This document shows, piece after piece, positions 28,035 through 39,330 of a DNA stretch of 64,000 nucleotides. The notes below the pieces were generated by a model, which worked only from the letters and a program-made list of their open reading frames with translations, was not told the origin of the DNA and searched no databases. Position 1 is the stretch's first letter; every line of letters starts with the position of its first letter. The position numbers and the translations under genes are program-made. The DNA comes from Escherichia coli (GTDB taxonomy: Bacteria; Pseudomonadota; Gammaproteobacteria; Enterobacterales; Enterobacteriaceae): NCBI RefSeq assembly GCF_024298765.1, contig NZ_CP101210.1; one strand, 5' to 3'.

Positions 28035-29335
28035 TACATTAGCCCTAGTAGCTGTGGAATGAACAAGGATATTTGCGGGATGTAAGTGATCATCATCAAC
28101 GCGATTAACAATGCGGCATAAAATGGCAGCAATGGTTTGATCAAATGTTGAATCTTCACACCTGAAATAGAACAACCAACAAATAGCGCACTACCCACCG
28201 GCGGTGTTAACAGCCCAATACAAAGGTTAGCCACCATCATAATACCGAAATGTACCGGATCCATTCCCAGCTCTTGTGCAATCGGCAAGAAGATTGGTGT
28301 GAAGATTAGTACAGCCGGTGTCATGTCCATAAAGATGCCGACAATTAATAAGACGATATTAATCAGCAGCAATATGATCAGTGGGTTATCAGAAATCCCC
28401 ATCAATGCGTCGCTGATCATATAAGGAATATCAGCATTGGTCATTGCCCAGGACATGCCCACGGAAAAACCGATCAACAGTAATACAATCGAAGTGGTAA
28501 CAACCGATTCCAGAATCAGTTTGGGTAAATCGCGCCATTTTACTTCCCGGTAAATCAGCACCGAGAGAATAAATGTGTAGACAACGGCAATTGCTGACGC
28601 TTCAGTTGCGGTAAAAATGCCGCCCAGAATGCCGCCCATTACAATGAACACCAGAAGCAAACTTGGTAAGGCATCCAGAAAAGCTTTACATGCCTGAGCA
28701 AAGGTTGCTCTTTCTGAAAGTGGGTAGCCACGGCGTTTAGCAATAATGCCGCAGACTATCATTACCGCGAGACCCATTAAGATCCCTGGCAAATATCCCG
28801 CCATAAATAACGATGCTACAGAAACGCCGCCAGCTGTCAGGGAAAACACAATTAACACGTTTGAGGGCGGTATCAGTAATCCAGTAATACAAGATGAGAC
28901 GTTTACAGCGGTAGAAAATGCCGGATCATAACCTTCTTTGGTCTGAATGGGATTCAGTGTGCCACCAACGGCAGCAGCTGCCGCAACGGCTGAACCAGAA
29001 ATGGAACCAAACATCATATTCGCCAGGACGTTCACATGACCAAGCGAACCAGGAACGCGGCCAACCATTACCTGGGCGAGGTTAATCAAACGTATCGCAA
29101 TACCGCCGCTGTTCATCAGTGTTCCGGCAAAGATGAAAAAGGGGATTGCCAACAGGGCAAAGTTATCCAGTCCATTAGCCAATCGTTGCGAAACAGTGAT
29201 TGCCGCGATATCCCAGGGAAACATCAACAGCATTGAAGCTACAGTCGCAATAGCGATTGAGAACGAAATGGGCACACCAATAAAGACCAGCACAAAAAAA
29301 CAGTCAAACAGTGTAATCGCGATATAACTATCCAT
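28034..29335 (-). CDS. TRAP transporter large permease subunit (DctM family)
   Basis: 433-aa polytopic membrane protein with DctM-like organisation; stop of upstream gene shares nucleotide 29335. Confidence 0.8.
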   Translation of the reverse strand: MDSYIAITLFDCFFVLVFIGVPISFSIAIATVASMLLMFPWDIAAITVSQRLANGLDNFALLAIPFFIFAGTLMNSGGIAIRLINLAQVMVGRVPGSLGHVNVLANMMFGSISGSAVAAAAAVGGTLNPIQTKEGYDPAFSTAVNVSSCITGLLIPPSNVLIVFSLTAGGVSVASLFMAGYLPGILMGLAVMIVCGIIAKRRGYPLSERATFAQACKAFLDALPSLLLVFIVMGGILGGIFTATEASAIAVVYTFILSVLIYREVKWRDLPKLILESVVTTSIVLLLIGFSVGMSWAMTNADIPYMISDALMGISDNPLIILLLINIVLLIVGIFMDMTPAVLIFTPIFLPIAQELGMDPVHFGIMMVANLCIGLLTPPVGSALFVGCSISGVKIQHLIKPLLPFYAALLIALMMITYIPQISLFIPQLLGLM

Positions 29336-29847
29336 TAACTGGCCTCCTGCGCAGGTTGTTTCAGTTGTTGAATGCTTTGATTAATAAAACACAAGGCATA
29401 AAACATCATCACCACTCCACTTAATGGCAGAATGATATATACGTATCCCATCGGTATTTGCATTGCGGCAGATACCTGTGATGTTGCCAGTGTTTTATCA
29501 ATTAATTTCAGGCCACCAGTCACAATGACCGAACCGGCAAAACCTAAAATAAGAACGTTAATGACTATACTAAGAAGTAATTGCTTGCGCTTATTCAGGG
29601 CGAGAGCAAATAAATCGATAGAGAGATGTCTCTGCGCGCCGACGGTATATGCAGCACCTAATAATCCTACCCAGATCATCAAAAAGCGTGCCAGCTCATC
29701 GGTTAATGTACTTGGCTGGTTAAGTACGTAGCGGCTAAATACTTGCCAGACTACGCATACAACCAGAGCAAGCATTACGGCGACAGAAAACGCGGCAATG
29801 ACGCGGTCTACCGCAAGTTTCAGGCGGTTAAATATCATTGTAAGCAT
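29335..29847 (-). CDS. TRAP transporter small permease subunit (DctQ family)
   Basis: 170-aa protein with four hydrophobic helices, placed between SBP and large permease genes. Confidence 0.7.
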   Translation of the reverse strand: MLTMIFNRLKLAVDRVIAAFSVAVMLALVVCVVWQVFSRYVLNQPSTLTDELARFLMIWVGLLGAAYTVGAQRHLSIDLFALALNKRKQLLLSIVINVLILGFAGSVIVTGGLKLIDKTLATSQVSAAMQIPMGYVYIILPLSGVVMMFYALCFINQSIQQLKQPAQEAS

Positions 29848-29882
29848 CCTGGAAAATCAGGGCCAGAGACTGGCCCGAAATA

Positions 29883-30869
29883 TTATTGAGCAGCGTTGTC
29901 GAATTTCTCTAACAAAGCAGCTTGTTTTGGATCTTTTTTGAAGTCGTCAAACAGAGGTTGAACTGCGGCACGGAATGGGGCTTTATCAACCTTAACGATT
30001 TCACCACCCATAGCTTTCGCCTGAGCACGTGTGTCAGCGTCAATTTTTTCCCACAATTTTTGTTGATAAGCTTCGGATTTCTTCGCCGCTGTTTCGAGGA
30101 TTTGTTGCTGTTCTGGGGTTAATTTATTCCATGTTTTGGTGGAGATAACCAAAAAGTCAGGAATTGAGGCATGTTCATCTTCAGAAAAGACTTTGGCAAT
30201 TTCGATATGTCGAGTCTGCACCCAGGAAGGCACGTTATTTTCTGCGCCATCTACTACACCTTGTTGCATCGCAGTATAAACTTCGCCAAATGAAATTGGA
30301 GTGGGTGAGCCACCCATCAGTTCAATCATTTTGATGGTGGTCGGGCTTGGCTGAACACGAATTTTCAGCCCTTTAAGATCTTCTGGCTTAGTAATCGGTT
30401 TTTTCGCATAGAAACTGCGAGTACCCGCTACATAAGCTGATAAAGCAAAAAAGCCTTTATCTTTTGTTGAATCCATAATTTCTTTACCAACTTCACCAAA
30501 AACCACTTTGTTGAAGTGCGCCTGATCTTTAAATAAGAACGGCAAATTATAGATAGCATAAATATTATCAAAAGACTCCAGATCACTGGCGGAACCTTTG
30601 GTCATATCCAGTGCACCATTTTGCAACAACTCCATAGTTTCTCGCGCATTACCCATCTGGCTGCTGGGGTAAATACGGATCACCATATTACCTTTTGACA
30701 GCTGTTTTACTTCTTTCGCCAGCTCTTCAAAACTCTGATGTACAACATGACTTCTTTCCAGGTTGTGTGCTAACTTTAACGTCACTTTTTCTGCGGCGTT
30801 TACGCCAGTGCTAACCAGAGCCAGCAAGGATGCGCAGACTAATGAGCGGGTAAATGACCTCATTTTCAT
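29883..30869 (-). CDS. TRAP transporter substrate-binding protein (DctP family)
   Basis: 328-aa ORF with signal peptide; DctP-like size and features; first gene of dctPQM-like operon. Confidence 0.8.
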   Translation of the reverse strand: MKMRSFTRSLVCASLLALVSTGVNAAEKVTLKLAHNLERSHVVHQSFEELAKEVKQLSKGNMVIRIYPSSQMGNARETMELLQNGALDMTKGSASDLESFDNIYAIYNLPFLFKDQAHFNKVVFGEVGKEIMDSTKDKGFFALSAYVAGTRSFYAKKPITKPEDLKGLKIRVQPSPTTIKMIELMGGSPTPISFGEVYTAMQQGVVDGAENNVPSWVQTRHIEIAKVFSEDEHASIPDFLVISTKTWNKLTPEQQQILETAAKKSEAYQQKLWEKIDADTRAQAKAMGGEIVKVDKAPFRAAVQPLFDDFKKDPKQAALLEKFDNAAQ

Positions 30870-31136
30870 AAAAAAACTCCCTGTTGAAGAATGGAAATTG
30901 GTTGATATCTAATTGTGCTTATCAGTGCTTTGTGCGACAAATTGGTTAACCTGTCTGACAACTTGTCTATGTTTATCACAACTTGAAATAAAGTCAGAAA
31001 TTAAATATTAATTTTGTGCGCCAGGTTGTACATGTTTATAATCAATAAATGATGAGTAAATATTCACTAAATATATATAATAAATATCGTCGATATTTAT
31101 TCTGTAAGAAATATATTTTTGCCGAAGTTAATTAAC

Positions 31137-31150
31137 GGGGGGGGGGGGGG
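31137..31150. repeat. Homopolymeric G14 tract (C14 on the TRAP-operon coding strand) in AT-rich intergenic region
   Basis: Direct reading: ...ttaacGGGGGGGGGGGGGGtaaaag...; about 270 bp upstream of the TRAP SBP start, 40 bp downstream of the hemW stop. Confidence 0.9.
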
Positions 31151-31189
31151 TAAAAGAAGTGATTAATGCGCCCGCAGGCGCATTAATGA

Positions 31190-32326
31190 TTACTCAGCGA
31201 GGAATAATTCAAGAAGTGAGTTTAAGAATAATTTACCATGCTCGGTTATCTGCCAGTAATCCGCACATTCTGTGAGATAACCCTGAGCGATGGCCTCGTC
31301 TAACTGAGAGCGAATAACTTCTTCAGAAAGGCCAGTATACTGGCTAAACTCCACGCGCGGCGCGGCCTCCAGCAGACGGAAGCGATTCATAAAGAACTCA
31401 AACGGCTTATCTGCGGCTTCGACATCACGCTGGCTTTCCAGATACCTTCCTTGCATAAAACCACGCGGATGACGCGTTTTGGTGGTACGCAGAATGCGCC
31501 CATCCGGGAAGGTCACTTTGCCGTGCGCGCCGCAGCCAATACCGATGTAGTCGCCAAATCGCCAGTAGTTGAGATTGTGCTGGCACTGATAACCTGGTTT
31601 GGCGTAAGCGGATGTTTCATACTGCTGATAGCCCGCTGCGGTTAATAACTGATGCCCCTGTTCGAAAATATCCCACAGCGCGTCATCGTCCGGCAGTACA
31701 GGAGGGCGCGAGCCAAACAGCGTATTAGGTTCGATGGTCAGTTGATACCAGGAAAGATGCGGCGGATTCAGTTCAATGGCCTGGCGCAGATCGCCAAGCG
31801 CCTCTTCCAGTGATTGATCCGGTAGCCCATGCATCAAATCGAGGTTAAAGCTACGTAACCCTAAACCGCTCGCCAGATTTGCCGCTCGTTTCGCTTCTTG
31901 CGGGCCATGAATGCGCCCAAGTCGTTTCAGCTTTTCTTCGCTAAAACTCTGCACGCCAATGGAGATGCGGTTCACACCAGCACGCTGATAATCAACAAAG
32001 CGATCGGCTTCTACCGTACCAGGGTTCGCTTCCATAGTAATTTCTGCATCCGCTGCCAGCGGCAAACGCGCACGCACGCCGTCCAGCAGCGTTTGCATCG
32101 CCGGGCCGGAAAGCAGGCTCGGCGTACCACCGCCAATAAAGATTGTCTTTACTTCACGGCCCTGAGCGTAAGCCACATCGTTGTCCAGATCGTTAAGCAG
32201 ATGCTGAACATAATCGTCGTGCGGCACTTCTCCTTTCAACGCGTGAGAGTTGAAATCGCAGTACGGGCATTTCTGTACGCACCACGGGATGTGAATGTAG
32301 AGACTCAGCGGCGGTAATTTAACCAT
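31190..32326 (-). CDS. hemW: Heme chaperone HemW (radical SAM family, formerly YggW)
   Basis: 378-aa ORF with CxxxCxxC radical-SAM motif ([10 protein letters not shown]); synteny with rdgB. Confidence 0.85.
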   Translation of the reverse strand: MVKLPPLSLYIHIPWCVQKCPYCDFNSHALKGEVPHDDYVQHLLNDLDNDVAYAQGREVKTIFIGGGTPSLLSGPAMQTLLDGVRARLPLAADAEITMEANPGTVEADRFVDYQRAGVNRISIGVQSFSEEKLKRLGRIHGPQEAKRAANLASGLGLRSFNLDLMHGLPDQSLEEALGDLRQAIELNPPHLSWYQLTIEPNTLFGSRPPVLPDDDALWDIFEQGHQLLTAAGYQQYETSAYAKPGYQCQHNLNYWRFGDYIGIGCGAHGKVTFPDGRILRTTKTRHPRGFMQGRYLESQRDVEAADKPFEFFMNRFRLLEAAPRVEFSQYTGLSEEVIRSQLDEAIAQGYLTECADYWQITEHGKLFLNSLLELFLAE

Positions 32327-32912
32327 TACGTAAAGCGTCCAGCAGCAGTTTCAACGCCTGACCACGGTGGGAAATGGCGCTCTTTTCTTCGCGGGTCAGT
32401 TCGGCAGCGGTTTTCCCTTCGGAAGGAACGAAGAAAATTGGATCATAACCAAAGCCACCAGTACCCGCTGGTTCACGAGTAATCACACCCGGCCAGCTGC
32501 CGTGGCACACCAGCGGAGTGGGATCTTCCGCGTGACGCAGATATACCAGCACGCAGTGGAAACGTGCCTGACGTTGGTCGTCCGGTACGTCTTTCAGTGT
32601 TTCCAGCAATTTTTGCAGATTCTTTTGATCGGTCGCGTCTTCACCGGAATAACGCGCGGAGTAAATTCCCGGCGCACCGCCAAGTACATCTACCGCCAGA
32701 CCGGAGTCGTCGGCAATTGCCGGTAAACCGGTCACTTTTGCCGCATGGCGCGCTTTCAGAATCGCGTTTTCGATAAAGGTCAGGCCGGTTTCTTCAGCGG
32801 AATCTACGCCGAGGTCTGTTTGGGCCACGATATCAAGACCGAAGTCGCTAAGCAGCGACGCCAGCTCACGCACTTTACCGGCATTGCCGGTTGCGAGGAC
32901 AACTTTTTGCAT
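32319..32912 (-). CDS. rdgB: dITP/XTP pyrophosphatase
   Basis: Recognised RdgB; start at [17 protein letters not shown] (197 aa); 8-bp overlap with hemW start. Confidence 0.9.
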   Translation of the reverse strand: MQKVVLATGNAGKVRELASLLSDFGLDIVAQTDLGVDSAEETGLTFIENAILKARHAAKVTGLPAIADDSGLAVDVLGGAPGIYSARYSGEDATDQKNLQKLLETLKDVPDDQRQARFHCVLVYLRHAEDPTPLVCHGSWPGVITREPAGTGGFGYDPIFFVPSEGKTAAELTREEKSAISHRGQALKLLLDALRNG

Positions 32913-32919
32913 AGGATAC

Positions 32920-33210
32920 CTAATTAAGTAACGCCGCGATTTCTGGCGGGATTTGTTGCGGATTAATGATTTTAATTTGTTTGTGGCGGCCAAGTTCGCC
33001 TTTTTCAATCACCACCTGGCTTTTGGCAACCCGGAATTGCTTACCGAGAAACTTCACCAGATGGCTGTTGGCCTGGCCGTCAACCGGCGGCGCGGTTATG
33101 GCGACTTTTACCTCGTCGCCATGTAAACCGACAATAGAATCACGGCTGGCTTTCGGCTGAATATAGAGCCGTAAAACCAGACCGTCATCATTAATTGTTA
33201 CGGCACTCAT
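32920..33210 (-). CDS. yggU: DUF167 protein YggU
   Basis: Recognised; start at [10 protein letters not shown] (96 aa). Confidence 0.75.
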   Translation of the reverse strand: MSAVTINDDGLVLRLYIQPKASRDSIVGLHGDEVKVAITAPPVDGQANSHLVKFLGKQFRVAKSQVVIEKGELGRHKQIKIINPQQIPPEIAALLN

Positions 33211-33773
33211 AACGCCATCCACAGCCCCGGCAGCAGCATGTTTCCGGTTGCCTGTAATACTTCTGCGACACCCATATTGATGACATACAACAGCAGAACG
33301 AGGATCATCGGCGAGAAATCAATCCCACCCATTGCCGGTAGCAGGCGGCGAATCGGGCGCAGCAGCGGATCGGCCAGCTGAATCAGCACGTATTCAATCG
33401 GGCTACGCCCCTGGCTTACCCAGCTCATAATCGCCATCACCAGCAGGACCCAGAAAATCAGCAGGCCGATGGTTTTCAGCAGAATCAGTAAACCGGCAAT
33501 CCAAATGATTGGCAGAAAGGTCACCACTTTAAACAGCACGATGGCTTTGATGAAACTGAGAATGTACGCAACCAGCAGTGAGGCGCTGTCAATGGGCCCC
33601 ATTGCCGGAATAACGCGGCGCAGTGGCCCGATAATTGGCTGCGTTACCTTCACTACAAACTGTGAGAAGGGGTTGTAAAAATCACAATGAGCCCACTGCA
33701 TCCAGATGCGTAATAACAGCACCATGGTATACAGCTCAATGACCGTTGAAAGCAGGAAAGTCAACGTATTCAT
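33207..33773 (-). CDS. yggT: YggT-family inner-membrane protein
   Basis: 188-aa multi-TM ORF; synteny yggS-yggT-yggU. Confidence 0.75.
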
Positions 33774-33790
33774 GGCGTTCCTTTAATTCC

Positions 33791-34495
33791 TTATTTTTTA
33801 GAGTAATCACGCGCACCAAAAATTGCAGTGCCGATACGAACCATCGTGCTACCTGCCGCAATGGCGGCTTCCATATCGTCCGACATTCCCAGAGAGAGCG
33901 TGTCGATATGCGGGTAGCGTGTTTTCAGTCCGGCAAATGCTACAGCCATTTGGCGTGCAACTTCAAACTGCCTTACATATTCTGACTCAGGTGCAGGGAT
34001 TGCCATCAGCCCGCGCAGACGTAAACGCGGTAGTTCAGCGACCGCAGCTGCCAGCTCGTCCAGTTCAGCCAGTTGAATCCCGGACTTACTGTTTTCATCA
34101 CTAATATTAATTTGAATCAGTACGTTAAGAGGGGGAAGTTCTGCCGGGCGCTGATCGTTGAGGCGGGTAGCAATGCGCAAACGGTCGATGGTATGACACC
34201 AGTCGAAATGCTCTGCCACCAGGCGGCTTTTATTAGACTGCAACGGGCCAATAAAATGCCATTCTAATCCTGTTACGCCCAGTTCCTGAAAGTGGCGAAT
34301 TTTATCTACCCCTTCCTGAACGTAGTTTTCACCAAATTGACGCTGCCCGGCATCAATGGCTTCTGCGATGGCGCTCGCAGGTTTTGTTTTACTGACTGCA
34401 AGCAGCGTAATTTCTTCTGGAGAACGGCCGCAACGCGTTGCAGCCGCTGAGATTTTGTCCCGGACCTGTGCCAGGTTATGCGCAATATCGTTCAT
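33791..34495 (-). CDS. yggS: PLP homeostasis protein (YggS/PROSC family)
   Basis: 234-aa ORF recognised as YggS. Confidence 0.85.
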   Translation of the reverse strand: MNDIAHNLAQVRDKISAAATRCGRSPEEITLLAVSKTKPASAIAEAIDAGQRQFGENYVQEGVDKIRHFQELGVTGLEWHFIGPLQSNKSRLVAEHFDWCHTIDRLRIATRLNDQRPAELPPLNVLIQINISDENSKSGIQLAELDELAAAVAELPRLRLRGLMAIPAPESEYVRQFEVARQMAVAFAGLKTRYPHIDTLSLGMSDDMEAAIAAGSTMVRIGTAIFGARDYSKK

Positions 34496-34512
34496 TTTCC
34501 GAGGATCTTAGT

Positions 34513-35493
34513 ATGAATATGGAAGAAATTGTGGCCCTTAGTGTAAAGCATAACGTCTCGGATCTACACCTGTGCAGCGCCTGGCCCGCACGATGGCGTA
34601 TTCGCGGGCGAATGGAAGCTGCGCCGTTTGATGCGCCGGACGTCGAAGAGCTACTGCGGGAGTGGCTGGATGACGATCAGCGGGCAATATTGCTGGAGAA
34701 TGGTCAGCTGGATTTTGCCGTGTCGCTGGCGGAAAACCAGCGATTGCGTGGCAGTGCGTTCGCGCAACGGCAAGGCATTTCGCTGGCGTTACGGCTGTTA
34801 CCTTCGCACTGCCCGCAGCTCGAACAGCTTGGCGCACCAGCGGTATTGCCGGAATTACTCAAGAGCGAGAATGGCCTGATTCTGGTGACGGGGGCGACGG
34901 GGAGTGGCAAATCTACCACGCTGGCGGCGATGGTTGGCTATCTCAATCAACATGCCGATGCGCATATTCTGACGCTGGAAGATCCTGTCGAATATCTCTA
35001 TGCAAGCCAGCGATGTTTGATCCAGCAGCGGGAAATCGGTTTGCATTGTATGACGTTCGCATCGGGATTGCGGGCTGCATTGCGGGAAGATCCTGATGTG
35101 ATTTTGCTCGGAGAGCTGCGTGACAGCGAGACAATCCGTCTGGCGCTGACGGCGGCAGAAACCGGGCATTTGGTGCTGGCAACATTACATACGCGTGGTG
35201 CGGCGCAGGCAGTTGAGCGACTGGTAGATTCATTTCCGGCGCAGGAAAAAGATCCCGTGCGTAATCAACTGGCAGGTAGTTTACGGGCGGTGTTGTCACA
35301 AAAGCTGGAAGTGGATAAACAGGAAGGACGCGTGGCGTTGTTTGAATTGCTGATTAACACACCCGCGGTGGGGAATTTGATTCGTGAAGGGAAAACCCAC
35401 CAGTTACCGCATGTTATTCAAACCGGGCAGCAGGTGGGGATGATAACGTTTCAGCAGAGTTATCAGCAGCGGGTGAAAGAAGGGCGCTTGTGA
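34513..35493 (+). CDS. yggR: PilT-like type IV pilus retraction ATPase homolog
   Basis: Walker A GATGSGKST; PilT-like; start at MNMEEIVALSVKHN (326 aa). Confidence 0.8.
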   Translation: MNMEEIVALSVKHNVSDLHLCSAWPARWRIRGRMEAAPFDAPDVEELLREWLDDDQRAILLENGQLDFAVSLAENQRLRGSAFAQRQGISLALRLLPSHCPQLEQLGAPAVLPELLKSENGLILVTGATGSGKSTTLAAMVGYLNQHADAHILTLEDPVEYLYASQRCLIQQREIGLHCMTFASGLRAALREDPDVILLGELRDSETIRLALTAAETGHLVLATLHTRGAAQAVERLVDSFPAQEKDPVRNQLAGSLRAVLSQKLEVDKQEGRVALFELLINTPAVGNLIREGKTHQLPHVIQTGQQVGMITFQQSYQQRVKEGRL

Positions 35494-35522
35494 CGTTGCT
35501 GTGTCTGATACGAATTGTAAAT

Positions 35523-35613
35523 ATGCCCGATGCGCAAGCTTATCGGGCCTACAAGGGAAGCGTAACTTTGAATTCGCACTCACTGTAGGTTGGATAAGGC
35601 GTTTACGCCGCAT
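35523..35613. repeat. REP/BIME elements downstream of yggR
   Basis: GCCCGATGCGCAAGCTTATCGGGCCTACA and GGATAAGGCGTTTACGCCGCATCC motifs. Confidence 0.6.
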
Positions 35614-35666
35614 CCAACATGAAACAACGAGCACATTGTCAGAAATCTGTGCGCTAGTAAATCGCC

Positions 35667-36083
35667 TTAATATCCCTGCTCGAAATAACTTTCGAGAATG
35701 ATAACCGCAGAGGCAGAGTCAACTTTGCCTTTGTTGAGCGCCCGATAGCCGCCCTGTTCAAACAGACCGGAACGTGCTTCTACGGTGCTAAGACGTTCGT
35801 CATGGAGCTTTACTTCAACACCGAAACGGCCATGAATACGGTTGGCAAATTTACGCGCTCTGGCAGTCAATGGTTGCTCGGTGCCGTCCATATTCAGCGG
35901 CAAACCGACGATGATTTCGTCCGGCTGCCACTCTTTCAGTAAACGTTCGATGAGGTTCCAGTCCGGCGTACCGTCCTGTGCTTTAATTGCAGGCAAAGGG
36001 CGAGCGGTGCCGGTAATGCGTTGGCCGACCGCTACGCCAATGCTTTTGGTGCCGAAGTCGAAGGCGAGTAAGGTTCCACTCAT
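35667..36083 (-). CDS. ruvX: Putative pre-16S rRNA nuclease / Holliday-junction resolvase-like (YqgF)
   Basis: Recognised YqgF; start at [16 protein letters not shown] (138 aa). Confidence 0.85.
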
Positions 36084-36646
36084 CAGGCGTGCCCTGCCAC
36101 ACCAGGCATGGTGAGAATATCCACACCAATCAGTTTTGCCGCCTCGCGCCAGCGGTCGGCAATCGGCGTTTTGAACAGAATATTCAGATCTGCCGGGGCC
36201 GTTAGCCATGCGTTATCGAGAATTTCTTGTTCCAGTTGGCCTTTCTCCCAGGAGGAGTAACCCAGCGCGACCAGAACATCGGCTGGCTGCTTAGGAGTTC
36301 CTATCGTTTCCAGGACATCGCGGGAAGTGGTCACCACAGTGTTATCAGAAATACGGATGCTGGAGGCAAAGCGTGACGGCGGGGTATGCAAAATAAACCC
36401 ACGATCTTCTGCCAGCGGGCCACCAAGCATAACGGGCTTATCCAGACGAATGGCAGGATCGCGCGGTTCTGGCGTAATTTTTAACTTTTCCAGAATTCCT
36501 TCGACCTGCAGATTTTCCAGCGGCTTATTAATAATCAGCCCCATTGCGCCATCGGGATTATGCTCGCAAATGTAAACAACTGAGCGGCGGAAAAGCGGAT
36601 CCTGGAGAGCAGGCATGGCAATAAGAAAGTGATGCTGTAAATTCAT
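36083..36646 (-). CDS. yqgE: UPF0301 protein YqgE
   Basis: Recognised; start at [17 protein letters not shown] (187 aa). Confidence 0.8.
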
Positions 36647-36754
36647 TGTCAGAGGTTCTGTTTCCTGGTTCAAAAAAGCAACAGCGCCCAGTATGCGGGG
36701 AAAGATGGGCGCTGTCACTCTTAGTCTTTATGGGCTCCGTCCCGCGGAGGTTAT

Positions 36755-37705
36755 TTAAGATTTCTGCAAACGTGCTTCGATGGCATCCATTAACATTCCG
36801 GTGATCGATACCGGAAATTCCGCCTCGATCTCACGAACGCAGGTTGGGCTGGTAACATTAATTTCGGTCAGACGATCACCAATGATATCCAGCCCCACAA
36901 AGATTAGCCCTTTGGCTTTTAGCGTAGGGCCAACACGGCGGGCAATTTCCCAGTCGCTTTCCGTCAGTGGACGTGGTTCCCCACGACCACCGGCAGCCAG
37001 GTTACCACGGGTTTCGCCCCCCTGCGGAATACGCGCCAGGCAATACGGCACCGGCTCGCCATCCACTACCAGCACGCGTTTGTCGCCATCTTTAATGGCT
37101 GGCAGGTAATTTTGCGCCATGCAGTAGCGAGTGCCATGCTCAGTCAGGGTTTCGGCAATCACGCCGAGGTTTGGATCACCTTCTTTCACGCGGAAAATCG
37201 ACGCGCCGCCCATACCGTCCAGCGGCTTAAGAATGATGTCGCTGTGTTTTTCCCAGAAAGCTTTTAGCTGCGCTTTATTGCGTGTGACCAGCGTTTCTGG
37301 TGTTAAGTCAGAGAACCAGGCAGTGAACAGTTTTTCGTTACAATCGCGCAGGCTCTGCGGCTTGTTAACGATCAGCGTCCCTTTATCTTCGGCACGTTCC
37401 AGAATATAGGTCGCGTAGATAAACTCGGTATCAAACGGCGGGTCTTTACGCATCAGGATCACATCGAGATCGGCCAGCGGCAGATCCTGCTCACCCGTGA
37501 ACTCGTACCATTTATCGTAGTTCTGTTCGACGCTCAAAGTACGGGTACGAGCGCGAGCCTCACCATTGATCAAATAGAGATCGGCCATCTCCATATAGTG
37601 AAGTTCGTAACCACGACGCTGTGCTTCCAGCAACATAGCGAAACTGGAATCTTTCTTGATGTTGATGTTTGCGATGGGGTCCATCACGATGCCGAGCTTG
37701 ATCAT
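36755..37705 (-). CDS. gshB: Glutathione synthetase
   Basis: 316-aa ORF recognised as GshB (ATP-grasp). Confidence 0.9.
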   Translation of the reverse strand: MIKLGIVMDPIANINIKKDSSFAMLLEAQRRGYELHYMEMADLYLINGEARARTRTLSVEQNYDKWYEFTGEQDLPLADLDVILMRKDPPFDTEFIYATYILERAEDKGTLIVNKPQSLRDCNEKLFTAWFSDLTPETLVTRNKAQLKAFWEKHSDIILKPLDGMGGASIFRVKEGDPNLGVIAETLTEHGTRYCMAQNYLPAIKDGDKRVLVVDGEPVPYCLARIPQGGETRGNLAAGGRGEPRPLTESDWEIARRVGPTLKAKGLIFVGLDIIGDRLTEINVTSPTCVREIEAEFPVSITGMLMDAIEARLQKS

Positions 37706-37717
37706 TATTCTTCTCCG

Positions 37718-38449
37718 TTAGCCCAAATCGCCAAAACGCACTTGTAGCGCGGTAATGGCGGTGAGCGCAGTTGTCTCAGTACGCAAAACGCGAGGTCCCA
37801 ACAGGATATCAGTAAATTGATAGCGGGCAGTCATGGCAATTTCATCTGCCGATAAACCGCCTTCCGGGCCAATCAGCAGGCGGACGCGTTCGACCGGTAA
37901 CGGCAACGTATTGATGCTGTTACTGGCGCGCGGGTGAAGATTCAGTTTCAGTCCTTCATCCTGCTCTGCACACCAGGCTTCCAGATCCATCGCTGGACGG
38001 ATTTCCGGCACCCGGTTACGGCCACACTGCTCACAGGCAGCAATTGCAATCTTCTGCCACTGCTGGAGCTTCTTGTTCAGACGTTCACTATCCAGTTTAA
38101 CGCCGCAGCGCTCAGAAAAAAGTGGCGTAATGAGGCTTACACCGAGTTCGATCGATTTCTGGATAGTAAATTCCATTTTTTCACCACGCGACATCACCTG
38201 ACCGAGGTGAATATGCAGCGGAGATTCACGATCGTCGAGTTGGCCTTCCAGCACTTTCACTTCCACGCTTTTTTTACTGGCGCTGGTAATTTCGGCGTCA
38301 AAGACCTGGTTGCTGCCGTCAAACAATTGCAACGCCTGTCCCGGCCCCATGCGCAGTACGCGCCCGATATGGTTGGCGGCATCTTCGCAAAGCGCGATGT
38401 GAGAATGGCTGGTTAGTGGTTCAGGATGATAAATGCGGGGGATACGCAT
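37718..38449 (-). CDS. rsmE: 16S rRNA m3U1498 methyltransferase
   Basis: Recognised RsmE/YggJ; start at [12 protein letters not shown] (243 aa). Confidence 0.85.
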   Translation of the reverse strand: MRIPRIYHPEPLTSHSHIALCEDAANHIGRVLRMGPGQALQLFDGSNQVFDAEITSASKKSVEVKVLEGQLDDRESPLHIHLGQVMSRGEKMEFTIQKSIELGVSLITPLFSERCGVKLDSERLNKKLQQWQKIAIAACEQCGRNRVPEIRPAMDLEAWCAEQDEGLKLNLHPRASNSINTLPLPVERVRLLIGPEGGLSADEIAMTARYQFTDILLGPRVLRTETTALTAITALQVRFGDLG

Positions 38450-38528
38450 AGTTAAAAATCCGCGTCGTCTCCCCACGCGGTTGTACGCGTGGGGTAGGGG
38501 TTAACAAAAAGAATCCCGCTAGTGTAGG

Positions 38529-39236
38529 TTAGCTCTTTCGCGCCTGGCAAGCGCGTTGCACATACGGGTTATGATTGCCCTGCACCTTCGCGATGCGTTC
38601 ATCACGCTCGCACTCCCAGTCGGTAACTGGATACATCTTGTCCCATGCGTTGAACAGCTGCGTTTGCTGACGAGAGAGTGTCAGGTTGTATTGGTCACGC
38701 ATATAGAAGTAGGTGCGCGCAATGGCACCGCGTGCACGCGCTGGTGGCTCGGCAACTTTTTCTTTGAAATCGACCTTCATGGCGCATTGACCGTACTGGC
38801 CTTCACCGCCATTCCACTGGCTGTACATAAAGTTGCCGCGATCGCCATTCACCTCACCGACTGACGGCTGCAGGTTATGCATATCGCTTTCCATCTTGCG
38901 ATAGACCGGATCTTTGGCGCAATTTTTACGTCCACCGTCCTGCCAGCACTGGCGCTGGTGACCGAATTGCCAGGCAGGAACGACGTGTTCCCACTCTACG
39001 CGGCTGGCACGGTTTTCATTTTTTCGCACCTGATAGCCGCACGATTGCAGATCAACAACGCCTTTTTTGCCCTGCCAGTTAATTTTACATCCGCAATAAA
39101 ACGTACCGGGCGCGTCAGCGTGGACTTTTACCGCTGCGGCTTTCGCCTGAGAAAAACTATTGATACCTTCGGCCAACGCCGGGCCGGAAAATGCTGCGCT
39201 CAGTACCACCGCAGCAATAGACAAATAACGGTACAT
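38529..39236 (-). CDS. endA: Periplasmic endonuclease I
   Basis: Recognised EndA (signal peptide, conserved Cys pairs), 235 aa. Confidence 0.9.
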   Translation of the reverse strand: MYRYLSIAAVVLSAAFSGPALAEGINSFSQAKAAAVKVHADAPGTFYCGCKINWQGKKGVVDLQSCGYQVRKNENRASRVEWEHVVPAWQFGHQRQCWQDGGRKNCAKDPVYRKMESDMHNLQPSVGEVNGDRGNFMYSQWNGGEGQYGQCAMKVDFKEKVAEPPARARGAIARTYFYMRDQYNLTLSRQQTQLFNAWDKMYPVTDWECERDERIAKVQGNHNPYVQRACQARKS

Positions 39237-39330
39237 CACTTACTCCGTGTTAAAACGAGCCAGCAACGTAGCGAAAGTTGTTTTGGTATGCAATCAGCCA
39301 GATCAGGAAAGTTCCTGATAGTTCAGGTGG

